NCBI GenBank assembly: GCA_030592835.1
Contig: JAUVIJ010000001.1
Span: forward strand, 1-47,341
Source of the DNA: Candidatus Cloacimonadota bacterium
GTDB taxonomy: Bacteria; Cloacimonadota; Cloacimonadia; Cloacimonadales; TCS61
Length of the DNA: 47,341 bases
Reading direction: 5' to 3'
Shown: in pieces, positions 1 through 9,192 of the stretch
How positions within the stretch are numbered: position 1 is the first letter of the stretch
Layout: the number at the start of each line of letters is the position of its first letter
Notes under the pieces: generated by a model
Database searches by the model: none
The model's input: only the letters and a program-made list of their open reading frames with translations
Told to the model about the DNA's origin: nothing
Translations under genes and position numbers: made by a program

Positions 1-522
1 AATTTTTCTGATTTCTGCAATTGGAAATTTAGTCTAACCATGATATTTCTTCTTAATATTTTTATCGCTCCATTATTAAATATTTTTATGTTTCTCGGTG
101 AAGAAATTGGATGGCGGAGTTTTATGACACCCAGATTATTAAAGCTATATAAACCTTTTACAGCATTTTTAATAGCAGGTTTTGTCTGGGGAATTTGGCA
201 CGCCTTCGGAATTATTATGGGACTTAATTATCCGGGGTATCCGGTAATCGGAATTGTTATGATGATTTTATTAATGATTCCAATAGGAATTATATTGCAG
301 TATTTTTACTTAAAAAGTAAATCTGTTTTTGTTCCTGCGCTTGCTCACGGTGCATTAAACTGGACGGCATCAACCTATTTGATGTTTGTATTTAACAATG
401 ATAATTTTAATTCCTTGATTTATGGACCAACAGGAATAGTTGGGTTGATTGTTTGGTGGATTTTTGGAATATGGTTCTTACTAAAATTTAAAAATAATTA
501 TAGGATTAAAACTATTAAGTAA
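1..522 (+). CDS. CPBP-family (CAAX/Abi-like) intramembrane glutamic endopeptidase, 5' end outside the window
   Basis: Frame 1 is open from base 1 into the listed ATG at 40. Motifs EEIGWRSF (EExxxR), WGIWHAF and HGALNW are typical of CPBP proteases. Strongly hydrophobic multi-TM sequence. TAA stop at 520-522. Confidence 0.7.
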   Translation, partial: NFSDFCNWKFSLTMIFLLNIFIAPLLNIFMFLGEEIGWRSFMTPRLLKLYKPFTAFLIAGFVWGIWHAFGIIMGLNYPGYPVIGIVMMILLMIPIGIILQYFYLKSKSVFVPALAHGALNWTASTYLMFVFNNDNFNSLIYGPTGIVGLIVWWIFGIWFLLKFKNNYRIKTIK

Positions 523-547
523 TACAAACGGGACTTATCTTCTATGC

Positions 548-1009
548 TCAGTAGTGATATTTCTTTTTATGGATGATCGTGAATGCCCGGTATAATTGTT
601 CCAGGAACACCAGTCTGATCATCTGATGGGTCATGGTTAATTGCGACATACTTAAAATATGCTGACAGTTTTTAAGTAATTTTTCTGAGAAACCATAAAC
701 ACCACCGATGAAAAAAACACTTTTCCTGCTTCTAAAACCGTCAATAAATCGTGAAAATTCAATCGAGGTTATTTCCCTGCCTTTTTCATCCAGGGCAATA
801 TTGATATTATCCGGATTCAGATATTTCAACAATCTCTCGGATTCTTTATTCTTGACTTGCTGAATGCTGTCTGTATTTGCAATACTGACTTCCCGGACTG
901 TGATCAGTTCAATTTTCGAATATGCCTGCAATCGTTTCAGATATTCCTGAACTCCTTCCTTAATATAGTCCTGGCGGGTTTTACCGACCAAGACGATTGT
1001 GATCTTCAT
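548..1009 (-). CDS. rlmH: 23S rRNA (pseudouridine1915-N3)-methyltransferase RlmH (SPOUT family)
   Basis: 153 aa. End-to-end resemblance to RlmH (MKITIV.VGK...YL.R...; C-terminal HQMIRLVFLEQLYRAF). Lies 12 nt downstream of the preceding same-strand gene. Confidence 0.85.
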   Translation of the reverse strand: MKITIVLVGKTRQDYIKEGVQEYLKRLQAYSKIELITVREVSIANTDSIQQVKNKESERLLKYLNPDNINIALDEKGREITSIEFSRFIDGFRSRKSVFFIGGVYGFSEKLLKNCQHILSMSQLTMTHQMIRLVFLEQLYRAFTIIHKKKYHY

Positions 1010-1021
1010 TTTTAGAGGATC

Positions 1022-1918
1022 TCAGGCACAAATTATTCCCAGAGCCATCGACAGAAATTTTGTTTCAGCCGAATCAACCCTGGAAGCAATCAGAATTGGT
1101 ACTTTTGCACCCATGACCACATGAGCGACCCGGTAATGACAATAATAGGTTAAGGCTTTACCAAAAATATTCCCGGCCTCTATATTGGGAACTATCATGG
1201 TGTCGGCTGCACCAGCAATCTCGGATCTTATACCTTTATGTTCTGCTGCTTCTTTGCTGACAGCACTATCAAAAGCCATTGGACCATCAATGATACAACC
1301 TTTTATCTGCTTCCTTTCATTCATCTGGGAAATTATTGCTGCATCAACAGTAGATTGTATTTTAGGATTTACTATCTCTGTGTGAGTTAAAAGAGCTACT
1401 TTGGGAAGATTATTCACTAAAGCATGAGCAACTGTTGTGCAGTTTTTAATTATCGAGATCTTCTCTTTTAAATCGGGTAGAGGTAGAAAACCTCCATCTC
1501 CCATCAGAACCAATTTCTCTGGTGTTTCATAGACCATCACATCACTCATGGTCTCACCGGTTCGTAAGCCTTTTTCTTTGTTAAGAATAGCTTTCAACAA
1601 TGTGCTGGTGTCACATTTACCTTTAAGTATGATCTGGGCTTTGCCTTCATGAACAAGTTCTACAGCTTTTTCGGCTCCAGCGGTGAAACTTTCACCGGTA
1701 TCATAAATTTCAAAAGCATTCTTTAGATCCTTAGCCCGGGTTTGAAGATAATTATCAATGAATTCTTTGTTCCCGGTCATAATACACTCCGCCAGATTTT
1801 CCCTTTTAGCCATAATCGCCGCATCTACAGAAGTTTTTGTATCCGCTACAGCAATAACCACGGTTTTTGTGGGTCTGATCCTAACAGCTTCTACCAGTTC
1901 ATTAAAATTTTTTATCAT
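1022..1918 (-). CDS. ptb: Phosphate acyltransferase of the PTA/PTB family, likely phosphate butyryltransferase
   Basis: 298 aa. Size and sequence pattern match phosphate butyryl/acetyltransferases. AGGAGG about 5 nt upstream of the ATG on the minus strand. Confidence 0.7.
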   Translation of the reverse strand: MIKNFNELVEAVRIRPTKTVVIAVADTKTSVDAAIMAKRENLAECIMTGNKEFIDNYLQTRAKDLKNAFEIYDTGESFTAGAEKAVELVHEGKAQIILKGKCDTSTLLKAILNKEKGLRTGETMSDVMVYETPEKLVLMGDGGFLPLPDLKEKISIIKNCTTVAHALVNNLPKVALLTHTEIVNPKIQSTVDAAIISQMNERKQIKGCIIDGPMAFDSAVSKEAAEHKGIRSEIAGAADTMIVPNIEAGNIFGKALTYYCHYRVAHVVMGAKVPILIASRVDSAETKFLSMALGIICA

Positions 1919-2083
1919 TATTCCTCCTGATAGTCGTATAGGTTTTTAGCTGAGGACATTTATACTACTGGTCAAGGTTTTTTTCATCTTGATCGTTATT
2001 TTTCATCAATTCCAAGCCCTTGAAAAACCTTGACATCATTAATGATTAACCTTTTTTTTGTGTTTCGTTTAAAAAGGGGAGGT

Positions 2084-3022
2084 ATGGCTGTAATAAAGCG
2101 TTGGCACGTTTCAGTATCTACAACTGATTCATCAAAACCGATCAACATAACTTTATCTCATCGGCTTGGTTTAAGTATTCTTATCTTCACCTCCTTTCTT
2201 TTGCTGTTTTTCTTGATCTCGATCATCTTTATTACTTTAAACCATAATAAGATTATCGTCGCTGAACAAATAATTGTCGAAAACAAGCTTCTGAAAAATA
2301 AGATCGATTATCTCACTACCGAGATCGATTCGATATTAACCAAGCTGAAACTTATGGAAGAATGGGAAGACGAAATCCGGTCGGAAGAGAATTTCAAGTC
2401 GATTAATAAAGAAATACGAGAACTCGGTTTTGGTGGTTTGCCGCAGGTTGATACTACTTTTGCCTTCGTTAACGATATTCTTAACTTGGAATATAACCTC
2501 ACTCTCGGTAAACTAACCAGATTAAATAACAAGGTAGATTTTGATTTTGATTCACACCGTGAACTCCTTGATAATGTTAAACTAAAGGAACTGCTCTATC
2601 GCAGTACTCCTTCGATCTATCCCACCTATGGCAGAATTTCGGATGGGTTTGGCTGGAGAACTCACCCTATCACTAAGAAAAAATCGTTCCATTATGGTCT
2701 CGATTTCGGGAATAAACAGGGAACACCGGTTTATGCAACTGCCGATGGTGTCATTAAATATGCAGAATCCAAAAAAAATCTGGGTAAATATATCTCAATT
2801 CAACACAAATTTGGTTATCAGACAGTTTACGCTCACCTCTATAAATATCTGGTCAAGGTCGGCGATGAAGTAAAACGGGGACAGATTATAGCTCTTCTGG
2901 GAAATACCGGGCGATCAACAGGTGCCCATTTACATTACGAGATTCTGCGATATAACAAACATCGTAATCCCTATGATTATTTGAACAAATTGGAAGATGA
3001 TATAATTCTTTCTCAGAATTGA
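2084..3022 (+). CDS. M23 (LytM-type) murein endopeptidase with N-terminal TM segment and coiled coil (EnvC/MepM-like)
   Basis: Zinc-site motifs HYGLDF (HxxxD) and GAHLHYEI (HxH). Hydrophobic anchor LGLSILIFTSFLLLFFLISIIF followed by a heptad-like region. Start is uncertain: ATG 2084 is preceded by GGGGAGG at 2076-2082; ATG 2042 and TTG 2030 are alternatives. Confidence 0.85.
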   Translation: MAVIKRWHVSVSTTDSSKPINITLSHRLGLSILIFTSFLLLFFLISIIFITLNHNKIIVAEQIIVENKLLKNKIDYLTTEIDSILTKLKLMEEWEDEIRSEENFKSINKEIRELGFGGLPQVDTTFAFVNDILNLEYNLTLGKLTRLNNKVDFDFDSHRELLDNVKLKELLYRSTPSIYPTYGRISDGFGWRTHPITKKKSFHYGLDFGNKQGTPVYATADGVIKYAESKKNLGKYISIQHKFGYQTVYAHLYKYLVKVGDEVKRGQIIALLGNTGRSTGAHLHYEILRYNKHRNPYDYLNKLEDDIILSQN

Positions 3023-3123
3023 TAAACCCTACCTTCTGCAAAACCAAATATTTTACTTGCACCCACAACGGAATTATGTTATGAAGAATAGTTAAGAATA
3101 ATTTTATAAAAATTGAGAGAAAA

Positions 3124-3342
3124 ATGATTAAGAAAACAAAACTGGAAGATGCTATTAAAAGACTCGAAGAAATAGTGTCTCTACTGGAAAATGGAAATGA
3201 CGACCTGGAGAAAATAGTAGGTCTCTTTGAAGAAGGCTCTGATCTAGTGAAGGTTTGTCGTCAGAGACTGGAGGATTTTGAAAACAAGATAGAGATTATC
3301 TCCGGTAGTATTAATTCTAAAGATAATGACAATGAGGTATAG
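3124..3342 (+). CDS. xseB: Exodeoxyribonuclease VII small subunit
   Basis: 72 aa. LEDAIKRLEEIV..LE.G...LE..V.LFEEG..L...C...L is the XseB pattern. Classic xseB-ispA gene order. TAG stop at 3340-3342. Confidence 0.85.
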   Translation: MIKKTKLEDAIKRLEEIVSLLENGNDDLEKIVGLFEEGSDLVKVCRQRLEDFENKIEIISGSINSKDNDNEV

Positions 3343-4236
3343 ATGAGCAGTAATCGCATGTTGCTGAAAAAGGACCTGAAAGAGAAAAGAGAGCTTGTTA
3401 ATATAGAGGTAGACAGGTTCCTTCCCCGAAAAGATGAGTATCCTAAACAAATACACAAAGCAATTCGTCATACCCTTTTTGCAGGAGGTAAGCGTTTTCG
3501 TCCCTATCTTCTAATTAATACGTTTCTTCTTTTTGAGGAGGACATCAGAAAAACCCTTCTAATTGCAGGCGCAATAGAAATGCTCCACAGTTACACTCTG
3601 ATCCATGATGATCTTCCCGAAATAGATAATGATGATTATCGCCGCGGAAAGAAATCCTGCCACGTTGTATATGGTTCTGATATTGCTCTTTTAGCCGGAG
3701 ATGCACTTCTGGTGTACGCATTTGATGCGATCAATTCATCCGACATTGATGATCGTTTAAAACATATCTTTATCAAAGAAATGTCCTTTGAAGCCGGCCA
3801 CAATGGCCTGATCTCGGGTCAGATAGTTGATATATTAAGTGAAAACAAGAAAGTGGATGCCAATACTCTCAAGTTCATCCATAAAAACAAGACAGCACGT
3901 TTAATAAAACTCCCGATCCGCTTTGGCTGTCATCTGGCCGATGTCTCTCAGGAGCATCATGAACGTCTGGAAAAATTCGGAGAAAACCTGGGTTTGGCCT
4001 TTCAGATAGTTGACGACATCCTTGATATTGAAGGAGACAGGGAAATCCTGGGCAAAACTATTGGTAAGGACATTAAGAAAAGCAAGGCTACTTTTCCGGC
4101 TGTTTATGGTTTGGAGGAATCAAAAAAAATGGCTGCAGACCTGATTTCCAAAGCCAAGGAGCTTCTTGCTCCCTATGAAGAAAGAGCGGAATTGCTGCTC
4201 ATGCTCTGTGATTTCGTCCTTACAAGAAAATTCTAA
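3343..4236 (+). CDS. ispA: Short-chain (E)-polyprenyl diphosphate synthase, FPP-synthase-like
   Basis: First aspartate-rich motif (FARM) LIHDDLPEIDNDDYRRGK, second aspartate-rich motif (SARM) FQIVDDILD. An aromatic Tyr sits five residues before FARM (HSYTLIHDD), the position that limits product length to C15 in bacterial enzymes. Confidence 0.85.
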   Translation: MSSNRMLLKKDLKEKRELVNIEVDRFLPRKDEYPKQIHKAIRHTLFAGGKRFRPYLLINTFLLFEEDIRKTLLIAGAIEMLHSYTLIHDDLPEIDNDDYRRGKKSCHVVYGSDIALLAGDALLVYAFDAINSSDIDDRLKHIFIKEMSFEAGHNGLISGQIVDILSENKKVDANTLKFIHKNKTARLIKLPIRFGCHLADVSQEHHERLEKFGENLGLAFQIVDDILDIEGDREILGKTIGKDIKKSKATFPAVYGLEESKKMAADLISKAKELLAPYEERAELLLMLCDFVLTRKF

Positions 4237-4316
4237 CCTGATCCAACAAATAGATCATGAACAAAAATTGTGGAAACGATAGAGAATTCAATTCTAAATT
4301 ACATTAATAGAGAACA

Positions 4317-4757
4317 ATGCTAACAATAAAAGTAAAAAAACTGAATGATAAAGCCCATCTTCCCCGCCAGATGACAAATCTGGCAGCAGGATATGATCTC
4401 TATTCCTGCAATCGGGAGAATATTATTATTAAACCGGGAGGCGTGAAAATAATCCCTACCGGCATTGCCATATCTCTTCCACGGGGATTTGAAGCTCAAA
4501 TCAGACCCAGAAGTGGTCTGGCAGCTAAGAATCATATCGGGATCTTGAACTCGCCTGGTACTATTGATGCCGATTACAGAGGAGAAATCAAAGTGATCCT
4601 GTTTAATTTTGGTGATCATAATTTTCGGGTACTTCCCCAGATGAGGATTGCTCAGATGATAATTGCCCGGCACGAGGTCGTACAGTTTCAGGTAGGCGAA
4701 AAACTAACGGAAACTGATCGTGGAGAGAACGGTTTCGGTCATACGAAATCAGATTGA
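4317..4757 (+). CDS. dut: dUTP diphosphatase
   Basis: 146 aa. dUTPase motifs AGYDLYS, RPRSGLA, GTIDADYRGE and RGENGFGHT. Confidence 0.9.
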   Translation: MLTIKVKKLNDKAHLPRQMTNLAAGYDLYSCNRENIIIKPGGVKIIPTGIAISLPRGFEAQIRPRSGLAAKNHIGILNSPGTIDADYRGEIKVILFNFGDHNFRVLPQMRIAQMIIARHEVVQFQVGEKLTETDRGENGFGHTKSD

Positions 4758-4782
4758 CTGCGCCTGTTTTTTAACCAAGATA

Positions 4783-5403
4783 ATGCAAAAAGTCCCGGTT
4801 ACTCTTCCTTTTCAGAAAACAATCTATCAGACCAAGAACGGTCATTCCATAACCAGCGATACCGAAAACCTGGTAAAACTTGTATTAAAAGAGAATCGGG
4901 AGTCAGACCTGAAGGTTATTGATCTGGGAACAGGTTCAGGGATAATCATCGTTATGATCAAACATTACAGACCTTCATGGGATTGTACAGGTATCGACAT
5001 TCAACCCCATCTGATCGAGCTTGCCAGAGAAAACGCCCGGCAGGCAGAAGTCAGATTAAGAATGATCTCTGCTGATCTTAGAGATCACCCTTTCCGGGAA
5101 AAATACGACCTGGTCGTATCCAACCCTCCTTATCAAAAACTTAACCGTGGTAAAATCCCGCCTGACCGGGAACGAGCACTATCCAGACATGAAATTACCT
5201 GTACAATGAGTGATCTATTAATGGTTATTGACAGCATCCTGAATAATAAGGGGACAGCTTACGTAATTTACCCGGAATCCCGAACTGAAGAAATTGAAAA
5301 AATCACAAAAAACATTGACCTTAAGATACATGATAAATTTATTATAGCAGCTAAAAAAGATCGAAGTATTATCTTTAAATTGGAAAGAAAACAGAAATTA
5401 TAA
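4783..5403 (+). CDS. Class I SAM-dependent N6-adenine methyltransferase, TrmN6/YfiC-like (tRNA m6A37)
   Basis: SAM-binding VIDLGTGSGII and catalytic VVSNPPY (NPPY). Start moved to ATG 4783; the ORF-track GTG at 4720 overlaps dut by 38 nt. N-terminal length then matches YfiC-type proteins. Confidence 0.6.
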   Translation: MQKVPVTLPFQKTIYQTKNGHSITSDTENLVKLVLKENRESDLKVIDLGTGSGIIIVMIKHYRPSWDCTGIDIQPHLIELARENARQAEVRLRMISADLRDHPFREKYDLVVSNPPYQKLNRGKIPPDRERALSRHEITCTMSDLLMVIDSILNNKGTAYVIYPESRTEEIEKITKNIDLKIHDKFIIAAKKDRSIIFKLERKQKL

Positions 5404-5413
5404 AAGAAATAAT

Positions 5414-6031
5414 ATGCTGAATATCAATAATTATTCTCTCATCTGTAACAAAAAAGTGTTTATCTCTATCGAACAATTGCAGATTGTCGGTGGCAGTAAG
5501 GTCAATATTTTCGCTAATAACGATGCGGGAAAATCCCTTTTTCTCAGAAGTATCCATGGAGATTATCACAAGTATAAAGGTGAAATTAAAATTAAAGAGA
5601 AATCAGCTAAATTTTATTTGAAACGCAAGAAAACTATCTTATTGGAAAGTCTTCCCCACATTCTTCCCCAGGAAACTGTCTGGAAGAACATCGTCCTACC
5701 CTTACCTAATATCTCTCTCAGACAGAAACAGAAGATCACCGATCTCTGTAATATTGCCGGATTAACTGATAAAATCGCCGTCAAGACCAGGAATGTCTCT
5801 TATTCTGCTCTTAAATTCATAGAACTGATCAGAGCTGTTGTGCAGTTACCTTACTTGATCCTGCTGGACGACTTCGACACTTTTTTCGATCGCGGGAATT
5901 ATCTTAAAGCTCTGAATATCTTTGATTATGTCCTTGATAATGGCGCCATTGTTCTGGCAACATCTCGGGAGAAATTAAACAGTTTTGATGAATTCTACTC
6001 TATTCGATCAAATAAAATGGAGAAAGTGTGA
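5414..6031 (+). CDS. FtsE-like ABC ATPase-fold protein with degenerate catalytic motifs
   Basis: ABC fold recognisable: Walker A-like ANNDAGKS, Q-loop LPQET, signature-like VSYSA, Walker B LILLDD, switch LATSRE. Stop overlaps the start of a four-TM FtsX-like gene (GTGTGA). Confidence 0.55.
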   Translation: MLNINNYSLICNKKVFISIEQLQIVGGSKVNIFANNDAGKSLFLRSIHGDYHKYKGEIKIKEKSAKFYLKRKKTILLESLPHILPQETVWKNIVLPLPNISLRQKQKITDLCNIAGLTDKIAVKTRNVSYSALKFIELIRAVVQLPYLILLDDFDTFFDRGNYLKALNIFDYVLDNGAIVLATSREKLNSFDEFYSIRSNKMEKV

Positions 6032-6810
6032 AATTCGACAAAGTATTTCAATTTATCCTTATTCTTTGTCTTCTTCTGATCTGGAATGTTTTCCATATCG
6101 GCTATCTCTACCAGAAGGATAAATATCACAACTCCCTGTCACAAAACCCGGTATTGATCTTCTCCCGAAATAATGAAACTCTAGATTCCATTAACGTTAA
6201 AATAGCTTCCTTGGAATATATCAGGAAAACAATCGTCGAAACCGACAGTTTGATCTCTAACAAACTGATCGAAACCTACGACCTTTATTATGCCAGAAAT
6301 ATCCTGAAAAATTTTAAACTCCCAGGAGTAATGAAAATATATTTCCGGGGTGAACAATTTAATAACCAGGCACGAACTCATTTTGAAGTTATCCTGGAAC
6401 AATCAGGTTCGAATATTGAATATCATTTCGATGACAGTACCTGGAATTTTTACAGGAATCGACTTCAACTCTTAGATAACATCTATTTATACGGCAATTT
6501 AGTTTATCTAGTCTTTTTCCTTTTCATAACTGTCTTTCTCCGATTCCATTTTGAAATAAAGAACGATCATTACTGGAAAGTTTTCCTGCTTGCCGGCGGT
6601 CGATCCGGAACCAGGAGGAAATTCTTCCTGATCAATTCGGTGTTGATCTCTATTATCCCTTTCTTTCTGATTTTCCTGCTTGCTCATCTTGCTCATTTTT
6701 TCCAATATCTACATTTTTACGTTGACTTAAGAATATTCGCAATAGAATTTGCTGTTCTGATTGCTGGATGCGGGATTTCGGCACTGATTCTGGGAGAACG
6801 TACACGATGA
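6028..6810 (+). CDS. FtsX-like permease (4 TM with a large loop between TM1 and TM2)
   Basis: Topology: TM1 at about aa 6-27, soluble loop of about 120 aa, three C-terminal TMs. Translationally coupled to the FtsE-like gene. GGAG at 6019-6022 upstream of GTG 6028. Confidence 0.5.
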   Translation: MKFDKVFQFILILCLLLIWNVFHIGYLYQKDKYHNSLSQNPVLIFSRNNETLDSINVKIASLEYIRKTIVETDSLISNKLIETYDLYYARNILKNFKLPGVMKIYFRGEQFNNQARTHFEVILEQSGSNIEYHFDDSTWNFYRNRLQLLDNIYLYGNLVYLVFFLFITVFLRFHFEIKNDHYWKVFLLAGGRSGTRRKFFLINSVLISIIPFFLIFLLAHLAHFFQYLHFYVDLRIFAIEFAVLIAGCGISALILGERTR

Positions 6811-7379
6811 GAAAATATATTCCTAATGTGTTGACTATATGCCGCTTTTTTCTGGTTCCCGTGTTTATCTGGCTAATTTTTTTCAGTCAGAGCAAATATG
6901 GTGTAATCTGGGCAACGGGTGTTTTTATTATTGCCAGTATAACCGATTATCTGGACGGTCTTCTTGCTAGAAAATTTGCCTATATAACCAATTTTGGCAA
7001 ACTGATGGATCCCCTTGCAGACAAACTTCTGGTTATCGCAGCCGTATTGGCTCTCACTATCAGGTTTCAGTATGTGGATTCCTTAGCTATCGGGATCATA
7101 ATTTTCAGAGAGGTTATGGTTTCCATTTTCAGAGAGATCTTTGCATCTAGAAAGATATTCATCCCTGCTAATATCTGGGGAAAGATCAAAACAGTTTTGC
7201 AGATGTTCGGCATCATTGTTATCCTGCTCTATCACAGCCTTTTAATTCTAACTAATCAGGCTATAGATCCCAATGGTTATTTGAAATCCGGAATTAATTA
7301 TTTTTTCTGGTTCATCGCTATTGTTACTCTTCTATCGGGTTTCAGTTATGTCTTTACTGTTTTCAGGAGAAAATATTGA
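6807..7379 (+). CDS. pgsA: CDP-diacylglycerol--glycerol-3-phosphate 3-phosphatidyltransferase (CDP-alcohol phosphatidyltransferase family)
   Basis: Motif DYLDGLLARKF...GKLMDPLADKLL (D-G-x2-A-R...G-x3-D-x3-D). ATG 6807 overlaps the upstream TGA (ATGA). Multi-TM protein. Confidence 0.8.
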   Translation: MRKYIPNVLTICRFFLVPVFIWLIFFSQSKYGVIWATGVFIIASITDYLDGLLARKFAYITNFGKLMDPLADKLLVIAAVLALTIRFQYVDSLAIGIIIFREVMVSIFREIFASRKIFIPANIWGKIKTVLQMFGIIVILLYHSLLILTNQAIDPNGYLKSGINYFFWFIAIVTLLSGFSYVFTVFRRKY

Positions 7380-8419
7380 AAAGATTCTTCTTTTTTCTAC
7401 TGATCTTACTCATATTTAGTTGTTCTCAGAAAGGTTATAGTAAAAGAGCTAATTACGATCCCAATAAAACTATGGCTTGGGGAAGTGTTCAGAAGATTTG
7501 CATTTTTGCAGATGATAATATTTGGAAATATGCAGAGTCTTCCCTGAAAGCTAACCTCGAAAGATATTATTATACAACTGAAAACGAAACATTTTTTGAA
7601 ATTGAACATATCAATTTCGAAAAAATAGAACAGTTCTATAAATTCAACAATCTCATCTTTTATGCAGACATGGAATCGGAACAGGTCGTGTCCAGTTATG
7701 TTAAAGACTTGCTGGGTGAATCTATCAAAACTGAAATCGAAGAGAACTCTGTCGCCCTTTTTCCCAAGAACAATCTCTGGGCAAATAATCAGTTCGTAAT
7801 CTTTCTGGTTGGAAATAATGAAGAGAATCTTCTTAAACTGAATATTCTGCAATCCGACCGGATCTTTAATCTATTTAAAAATGAACTCTATAAAAAAAAG
7901 GCAGACCGGATCTATAAACAGGTTCTGCATAACAACAGACTTTATTCCCAATATCCATGGAAACTGGAATTGACTAAGAATTATGTTATTTACAAACAGG
8001 ATCCGCAAAATAATTTCGTCTCTTATCTTGCCCGTTTAAGAAATCATCCGGACAGATATCTGTCTGTTTACTATACTGAGATAGATAGTTCACAGTTCAC
8101 AAAAGAATGGTTGTATTCCACGAGGGCGGAACTTGCCTGGAAGTACTTCGACGAAGATGAAATGAATGAAAGTAATGTCAGATTCGAAAATTACAAGTTG
8201 GAAAATCATTCGGGATGGAAGCTGTCTGGTAAATGGCAAAATTATAAATATGCAGTTGGTGGTGCTTTTCAAAGCTTTGCTTTTTATCACAAGGAAAGTT
8301 CCTCCGCTTATATTATTGATAATTCAGTTTATTTCCCCGAAGGTTATAAATTATCCGCATTAATAGAACTTGAAATCATAGCCAATACACTGAAAATCGT
8401 TGGTTCGGGAAATAATTAA
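7376..8419 (+). CDS. Hypothetical lipoprotein
   Basis: Signal peptide plus lipobox (LLILLIFSCS). TTG start overlaps the pgsA stop (TTGA). 347-aa uninterrupted ORF. No family recognised with confidence. Confidence 0.55.
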   Translation: MKRFFFFLLILLIFSCSQKGYSKRANYDPNKTMAWGSVQKICIFADDNIWKYAESSLKANLERYYYTTENETFFEIEHINFEKIEQFYKFNNLIFYADMESEQVVSSYVKDLLGESIKTEIEENSVALFPKNNLWANNQFVIFLVGNNEENLLKLNILQSDRIFNLFKNELYKKKADRIYKQVLHNNRLYSQYPWKLELTKNYVIYKQDPQNNFVSYLARLRNHPDRYLSVYYTEIDSSQFTKEWLYSTRAELAWKYFDEDEMNESNVRFENYKLENHSGWKLSGKWQNYKYAVGGAFQSFAFYHKESSSAYIIDNSVYFPEGYKLSALIELEIIANTLKIVGSGNN

Positions 8420-8429
8420 GGAGTTAATA

Positions 8430-9191
8430 ATGAAAAAATTGATGGTGATTATTCCCTTATTGTTAGTTTGCGCTTCTGTTTTTCCCTATGAATTGAATAC
8501 CCTGATTAATTCACCAACCGCCGGTATTCTGCAGAGAGGAGAAGCCGAGATCAACGCTAAGATCTATAAAAACAACGGATTGATTTTAGGTGCCAAAGTC
8601 GGACTTTTCCGTAGATTTATGTTCGGATTCAGTTACGGTGCCGAACAAATAGTGGGAAATCAGGAACCCGACTGGCATGAACGGGTAGAATTTAATGCTA
8701 AATTCAGGATCTTTGATGAGACCTTTACTATCCCGGCTATTGCTATAGGATATGATTCTCAGGGACATGGGCACTATTATGGTGATGTTCGACGATATGA
8801 TATAAAATCCAAGGGTTTTTATCTTGCTACCAGCAAGAATTTCGCCTTCATGGGTAACCTTGGTGTTCATCTCGGAGCAAACTATAGCCTTGAAACCGAA
8901 GATAAAGATGAAGAGATCAGCTTCTTTGCCGGCATTGATAAATCAATCGGAGAAATGTTGGTCTTTATCTGTGATTACGACGTGGGATGGAATGATAATG
9001 ATGATTGGGACGAACAAAGTATGGATGAAACTATAAAAGGACTCGGACGTGGTTATTTCAATGCTTCGCTCGATGTCCATTTTACCGAACACCTGGTTCT
9101 GAAAATATCTTTGTATGACCTTCTGGAGAATCGAAAGGATACAATTGGTAGCGATCGTACAATATCATTATTGTATTACATGACCTTATAG
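8430..9191 (+). CDS. Hypothetical secreted beta-rich (possible outer-membrane) protein
   Basis: AAGGAG at 8418-8423 precedes ATG 8430. Signal peptide MKKLMVIIPLLLVCASVF. Alternating beta-strand-like pattern. TAG stop at 9189-9191. Confidence 0.55.
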   Translation: MKKLMVIIPLLLVCASVFPYELNTLINSPTAGILQRGEAEINAKIYKNNGLILGAKVGLFRRFMFGFSYGAEQIVGNQEPDWHERVEFNAKFRIFDETFTIPAIAIGYDSQGHGHYYGDVRRYDIKSKGFYLATSKNFAFMGNLGVHLGANYSLETEDKDEEISFFAGIDKSIGEMLVFICDYDVGWNDNDDWDEQSMDETIKGLGRGYFNASLDVHFTEHLVLKISLYDLLENRKDTIGSDRTISLLYYMTL

Positions 9192-9192
9192 A

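Noticed and set aside
2030-2083. N-terminal extensions in the ORF track (2030, 4720, 6768, 8400, 13408, 18599, 34285, 38484, 41400).
   Set aside because: In most cases (6768, 8400, 13408, 18599, 34285, 38484, 41400) an internal ATG is preceded by a Shine-Dalgarno-like sequence or coupled to the upstream stop, and/or begins a signal peptide. For 4720 the argument is avoiding the dut overlap and matching the YfiC N-terminal length. The longer versions overlap upstream genes or a predicted promoter. The 2030/2042/2084 choice remains genuinely uncertain.
3340-3345. The xseB TAG is immediately followed by the ispA ATG in the same frame, which could be an XseB-IspA read-through fusion.
   Set aside because: Abutting stop and start codons are ordinary translational coupling in the conserved xseB-ispA operon. 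A shared frame has a one-in-three chance expectation. Both proteins have normal independent lengths.
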